Shown here: positions 29,327 to 37,817 of the stretch, in pieces
Numbering within the stretch: position 1 is the stretch's first letter
Layout: every line of letters begins with the position of its first letter
Source: Theionarchaea archaeon
GTDB taxonomy: Archaea > Methanobacteriota_B > Thermococci > Methanofastidiosales > SZ-28-30
Length of the DNA stretch: 49,095 nt
Assembly (NCBI GenBank): GCA_018992565.1
Contig: JACVGW010000012.1
Location: 1-49,095 of the forward strand
Reading direction: 5' to 3'
Program-made: the position numbers and the translations under genes
The notes under the pieces: generated by a model
The model's database searches: none
What the model was told of the DNA's origin: nothing
Seen by the model: the letters and a program-made list of their open reading frames with translations, nothing else

Positions 29327-30641
29327 GGCTCTTTTTCACCGCCCTGTAGAGGTGGGGAACCACACTTGAAAACACTTCTTCGTAGTTGTAGCACACTGGC
29401 CTACACAGGGTCCCAAACCGCGTCAAGGCTTCATACCCACATCCTCCCCCGCAGAATAAAGCGTATTTACATGTTCTGCACTCGGGGATGGTGAAAATAG
29501 TCCGATTCCTCCACTCGCTGTACATGTCATTCCACACCAGATCCGGGTAGTACCTCCCTACTCTAGCCTGTTCTTCCCCCACATGTTCAGTGCATACGTA
29601 TATGTCTCCAAAAGGATCAAAAACAAACGTGCCGCTCTGTGCATCGCAGTACCAGAAGCGGGGAGGTCCCAGTTCTCCTTTTTCAAATACCTGTTCAAAC
29701 AATTCTGCCCCTTTCAAGTCGAACGATACGTGCATAATATCAGGAGATTTCTGTGTTTGGGCTATGACTGTATCATACACTGTACTCCTGGGGACAATGG
29801 GGGTGTACTGGATTCCCGGTTTCTTGAAGACAGGTGACACATGCATTGATACCTTTGGATGGTGGAGCCAGCCCTTCTCATGGTAGAGCTGCACTACTTC
29901 AGGCAGGACAGACAGGTTGTCTGCATCAATGTTTGTGCGCAGCAGACAGGTCAGCCCTGCTTCCAGAGCAGCATCAATTCCTTCTATGATTTCTGAAAAA
30001 GTCCCAGATCCATTTTTTTTGAACCGTCTCTTGTCATGAATTTGCTGGGGCCCATCTATGGTGGTCTGTACGGCTACCTCATAGGGCTGGAAGTCCTCTA
30101 CAAAATCGCGGAGCAAGACACCATTTGTTAGAACCAAAAAGGAATACCCGAGATCATCTCCTGTCTCCAGTATCTTCTTCACAGCATCTCTGTTCTTCCT
30201 AAGGAGAGGCTCTCCTCCGTACAAGATGATTCGGTAGCGAGATTCATCCAGCCGGGCGATTATACTGAAAATAGTGTCTATGTGGGGACCATCGATAACT
30301 GTGGATTCTCTCTTTGACTGTATATCAGAAAGGTAACAATACGGGCACTGTAAATTGCACTCGTACGTGAGAACAATGAAATGCTGATGCAATACAGGGT
30401 GCCCCTGCACATATGTGTCGTACATGGTCTTTATGCACTCTGACTCCTGATAAGGTGTCAGTTCTGTAAGATGCCCTCTCTCGGTGAGAGTATCAAGAAT
30501 TGTTTCATCCGGAGGAATTTCATTCCTGAGTACTCTCAGGACTTCTTCATCTACCAGATCTAGTGCACCTGTTCTTGAATTGATAAGAAGGTACGTGTTT
30601 TCGTCGAGCTGCAGCGGAATGCTGTACACACTCACGTTCAC
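29313..30641 (-). CDS. Radical SAM/SPASM peptide maturase 4 (N-terminal RRE-like domain)
   Basis: CNLQCPYC and YGGEP; SPASM CDA..GDIYVC..CRTC..CGGGC..C. RBS GGAGGTGG. Confidence 0.92.
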   Translation of the reverse strand: MNVSVYSIPLQLDENTYLLINSRTGALDLVDEEVLRVLRNEIPPDETILDTLTERGHLTELTPYQESECIKTMYDTYVQGHPVLHQHFIVLTYECNLQCPYCYLSDIQSKRESTVIDGPHIDTIFSIIARLDESRYRIILYGGEPLLRKNRDAVKKILETGDDLGYSFLVLTNGVLLRDFVEDFQPYEVAVQTTIDGPQQIHDKRRFKKNGSGTFSEIIEGIDAALEAGLTCLLRTNIDADNLSVLPEVVQLYHEKGWLHHPKVSMHVSPVFKKPGIQYTPIVPRSTVYDTVIAQTQKSPDIMHVSFDLKGAELFEQVFEKGELGPPRFWYCDAQSGTFVFDPFGDIYVCTEHVGEEQARVGRYYPDLVWNDMYSEWRNRTIFTIPECRTCKYALFCGGGCGYEALTRFGTLCRPVCYNYEEVFSSVVPHLYRAVKKSHVDP

Positions 30642-30779
30642 CAGACCACCTCCTTGCCAGTCAATGCATCCTGGAATGGGTTATCATATAAATGTTTGCT
30701 CATCGTGGCTGGCTCTCTGAGCCAAGGAAGCATCGGCATAGAGACTGAAAACCTTTTTAACAGTACTGATTGACAGAAA

Positions 30780-31574
30780 ATGATGGATCATGATGATTTT
30801 GTCAGGTATGTAGAGGATTCACATACGGTATTTGTACTATATTCCATCAAGGAACGATTGGTAGGTATAGATGAGACCACAGACGTTGCTATCAAGAAGA
30901 TAGGGTATCCTGGAAGGATGGAGAATATTCTGAGGAAGCTCTTTTTTGGAGAAGGGATTCCTGGAATTGTGACAAGGAAGACCCGTCCGTATTTTCACAG
31001 TCTGATTTCCATTCCTTTGCGGAAGATCGACATATGTGCCTTTGCTCATGCTTCTCTTGAGACTCAGCTGGAGGAGAAATGGAAGGTTGAAATGGAGCAA
31101 GCACACGGGAGGAAAAGGATGTTGTTTGAATTTGCTGCATCACTGAGAGACATTTTTATGAAGCAGGAGATTCTGGCATCAGCTATCAGGGGTTCAACTG
31201 TCATTGAGGGAAGGTATCCCTCCCCTGTGGATGCTGTAAATTTCGTCATTTTCACCGAATTCGATTTGAAAGAATATTTTGAAAGGGAAATCACTCAACA
31301 TAAAGAGATCAGCTTTTTTAAATGGATTGACTGGGGATTTAGGGATGTTGTCGCAGGGAACAGAACAAGGAAAACACTCATAGAGCAGAAGACTGTTTTG
31401 TTCGAAAGGAATGGGATGTACAGGATTGATGTGCGATCTTTCAACCCTGAACAGTGGTTCTGGCTCAAGAAGGCTCCCAGAGTGACCCGGCTGGTATACC
31501 TCAAGAGCCTGGAAGGGATCTACCCTTTCAAAGGAGAAGAGCTCTTGCAGGAGTTCTGCAGTCTCATCACATAA
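30780..31574 (+). CDS. Hypothetical protein, possible degenerate nucleotidyltransferase-like fold
   Basis: 264-aa ORF upstream of rSAM5. 'AIRGST...PVDAVNFVIF' weakly resembles the Pol-beta GS...DxD motif. Confidence 0.6.
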   Translation: MMDHDDFVRYVEDSHTVFVLYSIKERLVGIDETTDVAIKKIGYPGRMENILRKLFFGEGIPGIVTRKTRPYFHSLISIPLRKIDICAFAHASLETQLEEKWKVEMEQAHGRKRMLFEFAASLRDIFMKQEILASAIRGSTVIEGRYPSPVDAVNFVIFTEFDLKEYFEREITQHKEISFFKWIDWGFRDVVAGNRTRKTLIEQKTVLFERNGMYRIDVRSFNPEQWFWLKKAPRVTRLVYLKSLEGIYPFKGEELLQEFCSLIT

Positions 31575-31619
31575 GTGGAAAGGATTTTAACTCTGAAAAC
31601 AGAGAGGAATGATAGTCCC

Positions 31620-33008
31620 ATGTATGCCAGTACGTACAACAGCGTGATACCCATGGACTCGGGTGAAGCAGTGTTATTCAATTCGCTGAGCGGAGCTCTT
31701 TTTGTGCTGGATAGAAGAATTGCATCTGCTATAGGGAGGGGGGATTGTGGATCAGTGGACAATTCAATTCTTCAGTATCTTAAGAAGGACAATATCCTGT
31801 ATGATAGTATTGACGATGAGAAGGCTCACGTCAGCTTCACTGCAGAGATGGTGAAGAAGTCTCAGGAAAGTGAACGAATACGGTATCATGTGGTTCCCAC
31901 TCTCGGGTGCAATATTTCGTGTTCTTACTGCGATAGAGGAGGGGACAGAGACAGTATGTCTGCCAGCCAGGCTGCAAAGGTAATTGAGGCTATAGAGTAT
32001 GTTGAAGAGTTGACTTCTGGTAGCCATGCACCCCTTCTGATTCTGGATGGTGGTGAGCCGCTGTCTCTCCAGGAAGAGGTGAGAGAGAGTTGTTCCACTT
32101 TGCTGGATCTGGCCGACGAAAGGGATTTTCACGTAGCTTTCAGGACAAATGGAGTCACCTTGTCCGAATATGCTGCAGACCTGACACAGTACTATGTTGA
32201 GTACGTGGATGTTCCTGTAGATGGCACGAAATCATATCACGATAGGAGACGAAGATCCCAGAAAGGGGGAACCTTTGACGATATTGTGACAGGCATTGAG
32301 ACAGCTCTGGATTGTGGGTTACAGGTGAACCTGCGTCTGCAGGTATCATCTCACAACCTCATGGAAGCACCTGCAATGGCGGAGTTCATCATGGACAAGA
32401 CATGGCACCTGGCCAGGAATTTTCGTGCACTTCTTTGCCCACTTGAGGACTTCTCCTGTTATGGGTTTCGTACATGTAGGCCAGACTATAGTATCCTGAA
32501 GGATGTTCTTGAGTTGTACCAGGCGCATGCAGCAATGGAGCTTTTCACGCTAACTGGATTCTTTGAGATTTCAAGCCTGTTGTACCTTCTGGAGAGTGGA
32601 GTGAGTCTTCGCCCTCGGTTGTCCCCCTGTGATGCAGGAAAAGCACTGTACTGTTTTGACCCTTACAACACCATCTACCCCTGCGTGGCAGCCTGCATGA
32701 TGCGGACGTCACCTGTGGGCATGTACCAGCCCGAAATGACAGTATTTCCTGCCCTGGATCAGTGGCGAACCCGTAGCGTCTTCACTGTGGATTCCTGTCT
32801 ATCGTGCCCCTTCTGCTTTGTATGTGGTGGAGGGTGTACTCTGCAGGCGACGACCCATGGTGCTGTGACCAAACCTCAATGCCGTCCTGTAGACACGGCC
32901 TTACAGCTAGCATGTGCAGAATACTTGAGTGAGAATAGAGCAAGAGAGAGTTCTTTCATCTATTTTGATAACATTTTTATCCCAAAAAAAGAAATAACCT
33001 TCCCATGA
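31620..33008 (+). CDS. Radical SAM/SPASM peptide maturase 5 (N-terminal RRE-like domain)
   Basis: CNISCSYC and DGGEP; SPASM CDAG..IYPC..CLSC..CGGGC..C. The N-terminus aligns with those of rSAM3/4 from ATG 31620 (alternative GTG 31575). Confidence 0.9.
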   Translation: MYASTYNSVIPMDSGEAVLFNSLSGALFVLDRRIASAIGRGDCGSVDNSILQYLKKDNILYDSIDDEKAHVSFTAEMVKKSQESERIRYHVVPTLGCNISCSYCDRGGDRDSMSASQAAKVIEAIEYVEELTSGSHAPLLILDGGEPLSLQEEVRESCSTLLDLADERDFHVAFRTNGVTLSEYAADLTQYYVEYVDVPVDGTKSYHDRRRRSQKGGTFDDIVTGIETALDCGLQVNLRLQVSSHNLMEAPAMAEFIMDKTWHLARNFRALLCPLEDFSCYGFRTCRPDYSILKDVLELYQAHAAMELFTLTGFFEISSLLYLLESGVSLRPRLSPCDAGKALYCFDPYNTIYPCVAACMMRTSPVGMYQPEMTVFPALDQWRTRSVFTVDSCLSCPFCFVCGGGCTLQATTHGAVTKPQCRPVDTALQLACAEYLSENRARESSFIYFDNIFIPKKEITFP

Positions 33009-33031
33009 TACGTTATGGAAGAAAAACAGTC

Positions 33032-33481
33032 CTATCCATATGTTTCAATTTCGGGATGAGATCTGGCTTTTTCTACTATAGGGCCTTCCACGATGAATCC
33101 GAGAGCAATGCCGCTGCCACGCACTGAAAGAAGGCAGTCATTTGGTTTAATGGAATATCTCTCGAGGGTCACCACGGGAACTGTGAACTCTCTGTCCCGT
33201 ATAGTAATAGAGCAGCAGGGCTTTCCATCAATCTCAATGAGGGTTCCTTCAGGCACAGACGTGCTCAGAACCGCATCTACCATGCGTCTCATGGGTGAAT
33301 CCCTGGCCAATGACTGGGTGGTCACTGCAAATCCTTTTGATGATCTGCTTCCTGGCATGAGAACACCTGGACCTTCCAGCCTGTATTCTTGTGCTGCCTC
33401 CTCAGGGATGATGATTCTTCCTTCTCTTCCCACCCTTGACCATCCAAATATGTACTTACCACCCTTTGCAATTCGGGGCAT
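33032..33481 (-). CDS. Tandem AbrB/MazE-like swapped-hairpin domain protein
   Basis: 'SRVGREGRIIIPEEAAQEYRL' and a second unit 'FTVPVVTLERYSIKPND'. Confidence 0.6.
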   Translation of the reverse strand: MPRIAKGGKYIFGWSRVGREGRIIIPEEAAQEYRLEGPGVLMPGSRSSKGFAVTTQSLARDSPMRRMVDAVLSTSVPEGTLIEIDGKPCCSITIRDREFTVPVVTLERYSIKPNDCLLSVRGSGIALGFIVEGPIVEKARSHPEIETYG

Positions 33482-33739
33482 GATGTAGATTGAACCTCTA
33501 CCTTATATAATGAGTGCGTGACAGCAGGAGATGGCTACGTATGGGCCTTCTAGGATTCGTTGTCTCATTCTTTAAGTCTACACGGAACAGTCTGTACGCG
33601 AAGAGTTCAGGGATCAGAAAAAGCACAAACAAGGGTTGCAGATTTATATACTGCGCTATTGGGAGATGATGTCATGAGAAGGAATAAAACGAAATGCTTA
33701 TATATAAGTTAACCTATAGAAAAGTTCAGGACAGAAGAG

Positions 33740-34240
33740 GTGATAATCATAGACAAGAAACAGAAGTTGGGAATTGTAGTGATTCTTGCAGTCCTGGTGT
33801 TTTCTACGGTCACTTTCACTGCAGCTGATTTCTCAACGTTCTTCACGCCGCTATATACTGTGAGAATGGAGCAGGCAAGCAGCAAAATGAACTTCTTATC
33901 CACTCCAGTAAACGAGTTCACGTATTCTACTGAAGGAGGGCAAACATTTGGTTACCATATTACTGGCAGAACATGTGCTTGCTGGGGCGATCAGACCCCT
34001 CAACTGCCGCTGACATGCAACACCTGTGATGATTACTATTGCGAAGAACCTACGCATTGTGGCACCTGTGTTACCTGCTACAGCACATGCCAGGACACAT
34101 GCCCGAATACGTGCTCCACATGCTCCACGTGCAGTGGTTCTACATGTGAGCCTGCTACATGTCCATGGACGCAATGGCCCTACTGTGCAGAAACCCTGAG
34201 CTGGCCGACGTGCTACTGGGCAACCTGCTACTGGTGCTAA
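33740..34240 (+). CDS. Signal-peptide-bearing Cys/Thr-rich repeat protein (possible second rSAM substrate)
   Basis: Basic then hydrophobic N-terminus, 19 Cys in the C-terminal ~90 aa (mostly TC dipeptides), TATA at ~33699-33707, and a T-tract terminator after the stop. Confidence 0.75.
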   Translation: MIIIDKKQKLGIVVILAVLVFSTVTFTAADFSTFFTPLYTVRMEQASSKMNFLSTPVNEFTYSTEGGQTFGYHITGRTCACWGDQTPQLPLTCNTCDDYYCEEPTHCGTCVTCYSTCQDTCPNTCSTCSTCSGSTCEPATCPWTQWPYCAETLSWPTCYWATCYWC

Positions 34241-34249
34241 TCTCACATC

Positions 34250-34266
34250 ATTTTTTTCTTTTTTTT
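34250..34266 (+). terminator. T-tract terminator
   Basis: Two T runs separated by a single C, just after the stop at 34240. Confidence 0.6.
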
Positions 34267-34441
34267 CCTGATAGGCAGCAGCTATCATATGAAAGAAGAA
34301 TATGACTGCAGATGTCTCAGGGATCTTCTTCTGCGTCTCGTATTTCACTTCATGAGAGGTTACTATATTTGCACAAGGAGAGTCTGTTTATTCATCTCAG
34401 TGATCCTTGGGGTGGCTCTTTGTGTGTTCATCTGTCTTCCT

Positions 34442-35980
34442 TCAGAATTCCCAGAACTGGCTGGTCTTCTTGATGAGGATTCTCTGGTGAACAAGATTTC
34501 GCATTTCTTCCACTTCAGGATAGAGATATCTGTCTTCTTCCAGAAATGGGATGTGTTGGCGGGTCATGTCATAGACTCCGCGACTTCCCGCCCCCAGGTC
34601 ATCGGATGAGAATCCCTCATTTTTCCTGAGATCAACACCCTGTGCAGCACACAGAATTTCAATCCCGGTGATAGTCTCTGTATTCTTGATAATCTCCCTT
34701 GCTTTCCGGGCGGCAATGGTAGACATACTCACATGGTCTTCTGCATTGGCTGAGGTAGGTATGGAATCCACACATGCGGGATGAGACAGCACTTTGTTCT
34801 CCGATACCAGAGCTGCTGCTGTATATTGGGCAATCATGAGCCCACTATGTAGCCCTTCTTTTCCTTTTGGGATAAGAAAAATCGGAAGCCCATCAGAATG
34901 ATGAGAATCGACCAGCTTTGCTGTGTGCCGTTCTGAAATATTCCCTATTTCTGATACTGCGATCCCCAGAAAATCCATTGCCAGGGCCAGGGGTTGCCCG
35001 TGAAAATTCCCGCCTGAAATTGGATACTCATCAATAATCAACGGGTTATCTGTGGCAGAATTGATCTCTGTTTCTACAATATGGTGAACGTACTCAATAG
35101 CGTCAAGGGAACTTCCCAGTACCTGTGGGAAACACCGAACAGAGTAGTCGTCCTGCACCTTCTTCTCCATGGAATCAATGATCTTACTCCCCCGGGTAAG
35201 GTCTCTAATGTGTCGTGCAATCCGTATTTGCCCCTCATGGGGTCTTAACTGGTGAATTCTCTCATCAAATGCTTTGGAGGTGACCTTGAAAGCTTCAAAA
35301 CTCAACGCTGCTGCCAGTACTGCACTCTTGATAAGTGCTTCTGCATCAGAAACAGCCAGAGCCGCAATTCCTGCAGTGAATGTGGCTCCGTTGTTAATGG
35401 CCAACCCTTCTTTAGCTTTCAATTGTAACGGCAAAATACCCGCCTTCTCCATGGCCTCTTGTCCAGTCATTCTCTCTCCCTTGTGGTAGGCTTCACCTTC
35501 ACCGACCATGACCAGTGCCAGATGGGATAATGGAGCAAGATCTCCACTTGCACCCAGAGAACCTTTCTCCGGGACGAAAGGGGTGACATCTTTGTTCAAC
35601 ATCTGCAGCAGGGTCTCCACCACAGTGGTCCGAGCACCTGAATATCCCTTGGCTATAGTGTTGGCTCTGATTAGCATGGCTGCCCGCACCACTTCTTCAG
35701 GGAAGGGATCTCCGGTACCTACAGAATGGCTTCTGATGAGGTTAACCTGGAGCCTGCCTACTTCCTTCCGATCGATCTTTGTGTCCCGAAGAGGGCCAAA
35801 TCCCGTATTAATACCATAGACGGGTTCATCTCTTTCTACAATTTCCTGGACAGCTTTTTCAGTGACTTCCATCTTGGTTCGTGCTGCAGGGTCAAGAGCA
35901 GTATTCCAGTGATGGCGGGCAACATTCACCACCTGTTCTACGGCAAGATGTTCACCATCAATCACGACTTTTTCATCCAT
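34442..35980 (-). CDS. hutH: Histidine ammonia-lyase
   Basis: YGINTGFG, RSH specificity residues, the MIO-forming GASGDLAPL, and SGGNFHG. Confidence 0.95.
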   Translation of the reverse strand: MDEKVVIDGEHLAVEQVVNVARHHWNTALDPAARTKMEVTEKAVQEIVERDEPVYGINTGFGPLRDTKIDRKEVGRLQVNLIRSHSVGTGDPFPEEVVRAAMLIRANTIAKGYSGARTTVVETLLQMLNKDVTPFVPEKGSLGASGDLAPLSHLALVMVGEGEAYHKGERMTGQEAMEKAGILPLQLKAKEGLAINNGATFTAGIAALAVSDAEALIKSAVLAAALSFEAFKVTSKAFDERIHQLRPHEGQIRIARHIRDLTRGSKIIDSMEKKVQDDYSVRCFPQVLGSSLDAIEYVHHIVETEINSATDNPLIIDEYPISGGNFHGQPLALAMDFLGIAVSEIGNISERHTAKLVDSHHSDGLPIFLIPKGKEGLHSGLMIAQYTAAALVSENKVLSHPACVDSIPTSANAEDHVSMSTIAARKAREIIKNTETITGIEILCAAQGVDLRKNEGFSSDDLGAGSRGVYDMTRQHIPFLEEDRYLYPEVEEMRNLVHQRILIKKTSQFWEF

Positions 35981-36130
35981 GTAATTCCCGTTTCTTCATG
36001 GAGTTCGATTTTAAAAAGGTTGGTGCTCCAGCGAAGTCCATCGCATGGTGGAAAGAAACGATGCACAACGAGGGCTCCCAAATGCACTGGATTGGCTCTT
36101 TTCTGAATCGAATGAGATGCTAACCGAAAT

Positions 36131-36263
36131 CCTTATATACCCTTGCCTGTCTATGAGGCCAGGTGACAAAAATGCTCAGAAGGGATTGCCTTCACCCGGA
36201 CTAAGTCAGAATTTCTGTTGGAGGTAGTTGGACCTGGGCAGCTTTTTTTCGAATTGAGGTGGT
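36131..36263 (+). promoter_or_regulatory. hisS promoter and structured leader with small uORF and internal T tract
   Basis: TATA CTTATATA (36132-36139); AGGTGA followed by uORF MLRRDCLHPD (36172-36204); T7 at 36243-36249; hisS RBS GAGGTGG. Confidence 0.45.
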
Positions 36264-36266
36264 TTT

Positions 36267-37775
36267 ATGGTAGAATTTAGCTTACCGCGAGGTACTATGG
36301 ATTTTCTCCCTGAGGAGATGGCCCAACGCCGATATGTGGAGGACATTGTCCGCAAGACCTTTGAGTCATTCGGGTTTCAGGAAGTTCAGACCCCCATATT
36401 TGAGGAATTTGCTTTGCTGGCAGCCCGGTCTGGGGAAGAAATCAGAGAAGGAATGTTCACCTTTATGGCAGATGAGGTAGAGTATGCACTGCGACCAGAG
36501 GTGACAGCAGCAGTATGCCGAATGATCGTCACAGGGAAAATAGCCCTTCCCAAGCCGTACAAGGTCTACTACCTTGGTCCCTGTTTCAGATACGAGGAAC
36601 CTCAGGCAGGTCGGTACCGTCAGTTCTGGCAGGCAGGCATTGAATTGATGGGCTCTCAGTCTCCTGTGGCAGACGCAGAGGTAATCTGTGTGGGAGCCAA
36701 AACCCTGGAAAATGTGGGTATTACTCCTTACAGGCTAAAGGTGGGTAATATTGGCATTTTTAGAGGTATTCTGGAAGATGTGGGGCTCGATCTGGAAGAT
36801 CAAAACCGCATCATTGGCAACATTGATGGAATCATGTCTAACAGGGAGAAATGTGCACTCATTGCAGAGAAGAAGGAACTGGGGATAGACGATCAGAATT
36901 ATATCAAGACGTATCTCAACCTGCTCTACGACATGCAGATGGGCCTAATCAATGAAGGGATAGAGGTTGTTGGTGAATATGAAATCCTACCCTCTGCCCT
37001 TGAGAATCTCTCTTTATGGGTGGATACGTTGCCCACCGTTATGGAACAGACGTACCGGGCTGCATGGATTGCAGAAGGGATGCCTGAAAAGACTGTCGAC
37101 TTGCTGCTGGAAGTGTCAAGGGTGAGTGGAGCTCGTTCTGATGTAATGCCCAGAGCACAGGTTCTCCTCAAGGGGAGTGCAGCAGAAACTCCATTGCAGG
37201 AACTGGACAAGGTTCTGTCAAATCTCGAAGCCTTCGGGGTTACCAACTATGAGGTGGTCCTGGGTGTGGCGAGAGGGCTTGACTATTACACAGGGACTGT
37301 CTTTGAGTTTGATGTTCCCCTGCTGGGTGCTCAGAAACAGGTGTGCGGAGGAGGACGATATGACAGGCTTGTAGAAGAATTCGGAGGACCTCCCACTCCT
37401 GCCACAGGGTACGCTTTTGGGTTCGACCGGATTGTCTTGTCCCGGCTGTTGGTTAAAGAGATTCCCGTTCCCCGGAAAGTGGATGTATTCATTGCAGTAG
37501 TAGATGAGAGTCTCGGCCAGAACGCAATACAGATTTCCCAGGGTCTGCGCGAACGAGGATATAAGGTAGAAATTGAGATGACCCAGCGGGACCTGAAAGG
37601 GCAATTGGGGTATGCCTCCGAAATCAAAGCAAAATACTGTGTTATTCTGGGACCGAGAGAACTTAGAGAGGGAAAGGTCATGCTTAAAAACCTGGATACA
37701 GAGGAACAAGCAGCCGTTCTCCTGGGAGAACTGACTGAGGTTATTGGGAAGGAAAAAGCAGGGATTGAGGATTGA
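36267..37775 (+). CDS. hisS: Histidyl-tRNA synthetase with an enlarged insertion domain
   Basis: PRGT.D, LRPEVT, FRYEEPQAGRYRQF, RGLDYY, GGGRYD and a C-terminal anticodon-binding domain. Confidence 0.95.
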   Translation: MVEFSLPRGTMDFLPEEMAQRRYVEDIVRKTFESFGFQEVQTPIFEEFALLAARSGEEIREGMFTFMADEVEYALRPEVTAAVCRMIVTGKIALPKPYKVYYLGPCFRYEEPQAGRYRQFWQAGIELMGSQSPVADAEVICVGAKTLENVGITPYRLKVGNIGIFRGILEDVGLDLEDQNRIIGNIDGIMSNREKCALIAEKKELGIDDQNYIKTYLNLLYDMQMGLINEGIEVVGEYEILPSALENLSLWVDTLPTVMEQTYRAAWIAEGMPEKTVDLLLEVSRVSGARSDVMPRAQVLLKGSAAETPLQELDKVLSNLEAFGVTNYEVVLGVARGLDYYTGTVFEFDVPLLGAQKQVCGGGRYDRLVEEFGGPPTPATGYAFGFDRIVLSRLLVKEIPVPRKVDVFIAVVDESLGQNAIQISQGLRERGYKVEIEMTQRDLKGQLGYASEIKAKYCVILGPRELREGKVMLKNLDTEEQAAVLLGELTEVIGKEKAGIED

Positions 37776-37817
37776 TACTAGATAGAGGAGTAAAATTGAA
37801 TGAAATGAGATGATACT

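Noticed and set aside
34010..34237. Short ACnTGy nucleotide repeats as a CRISPR or tandem array
   Set aside because: They are Thr-Cys codons in a coding region, with no constant-length repeat-spacer pattern.
36157..36242. tRNA gene upstream of hisS
   Set aside because: No D-loop GG, no TTCRA T-loop and no cloverleaf spacing.
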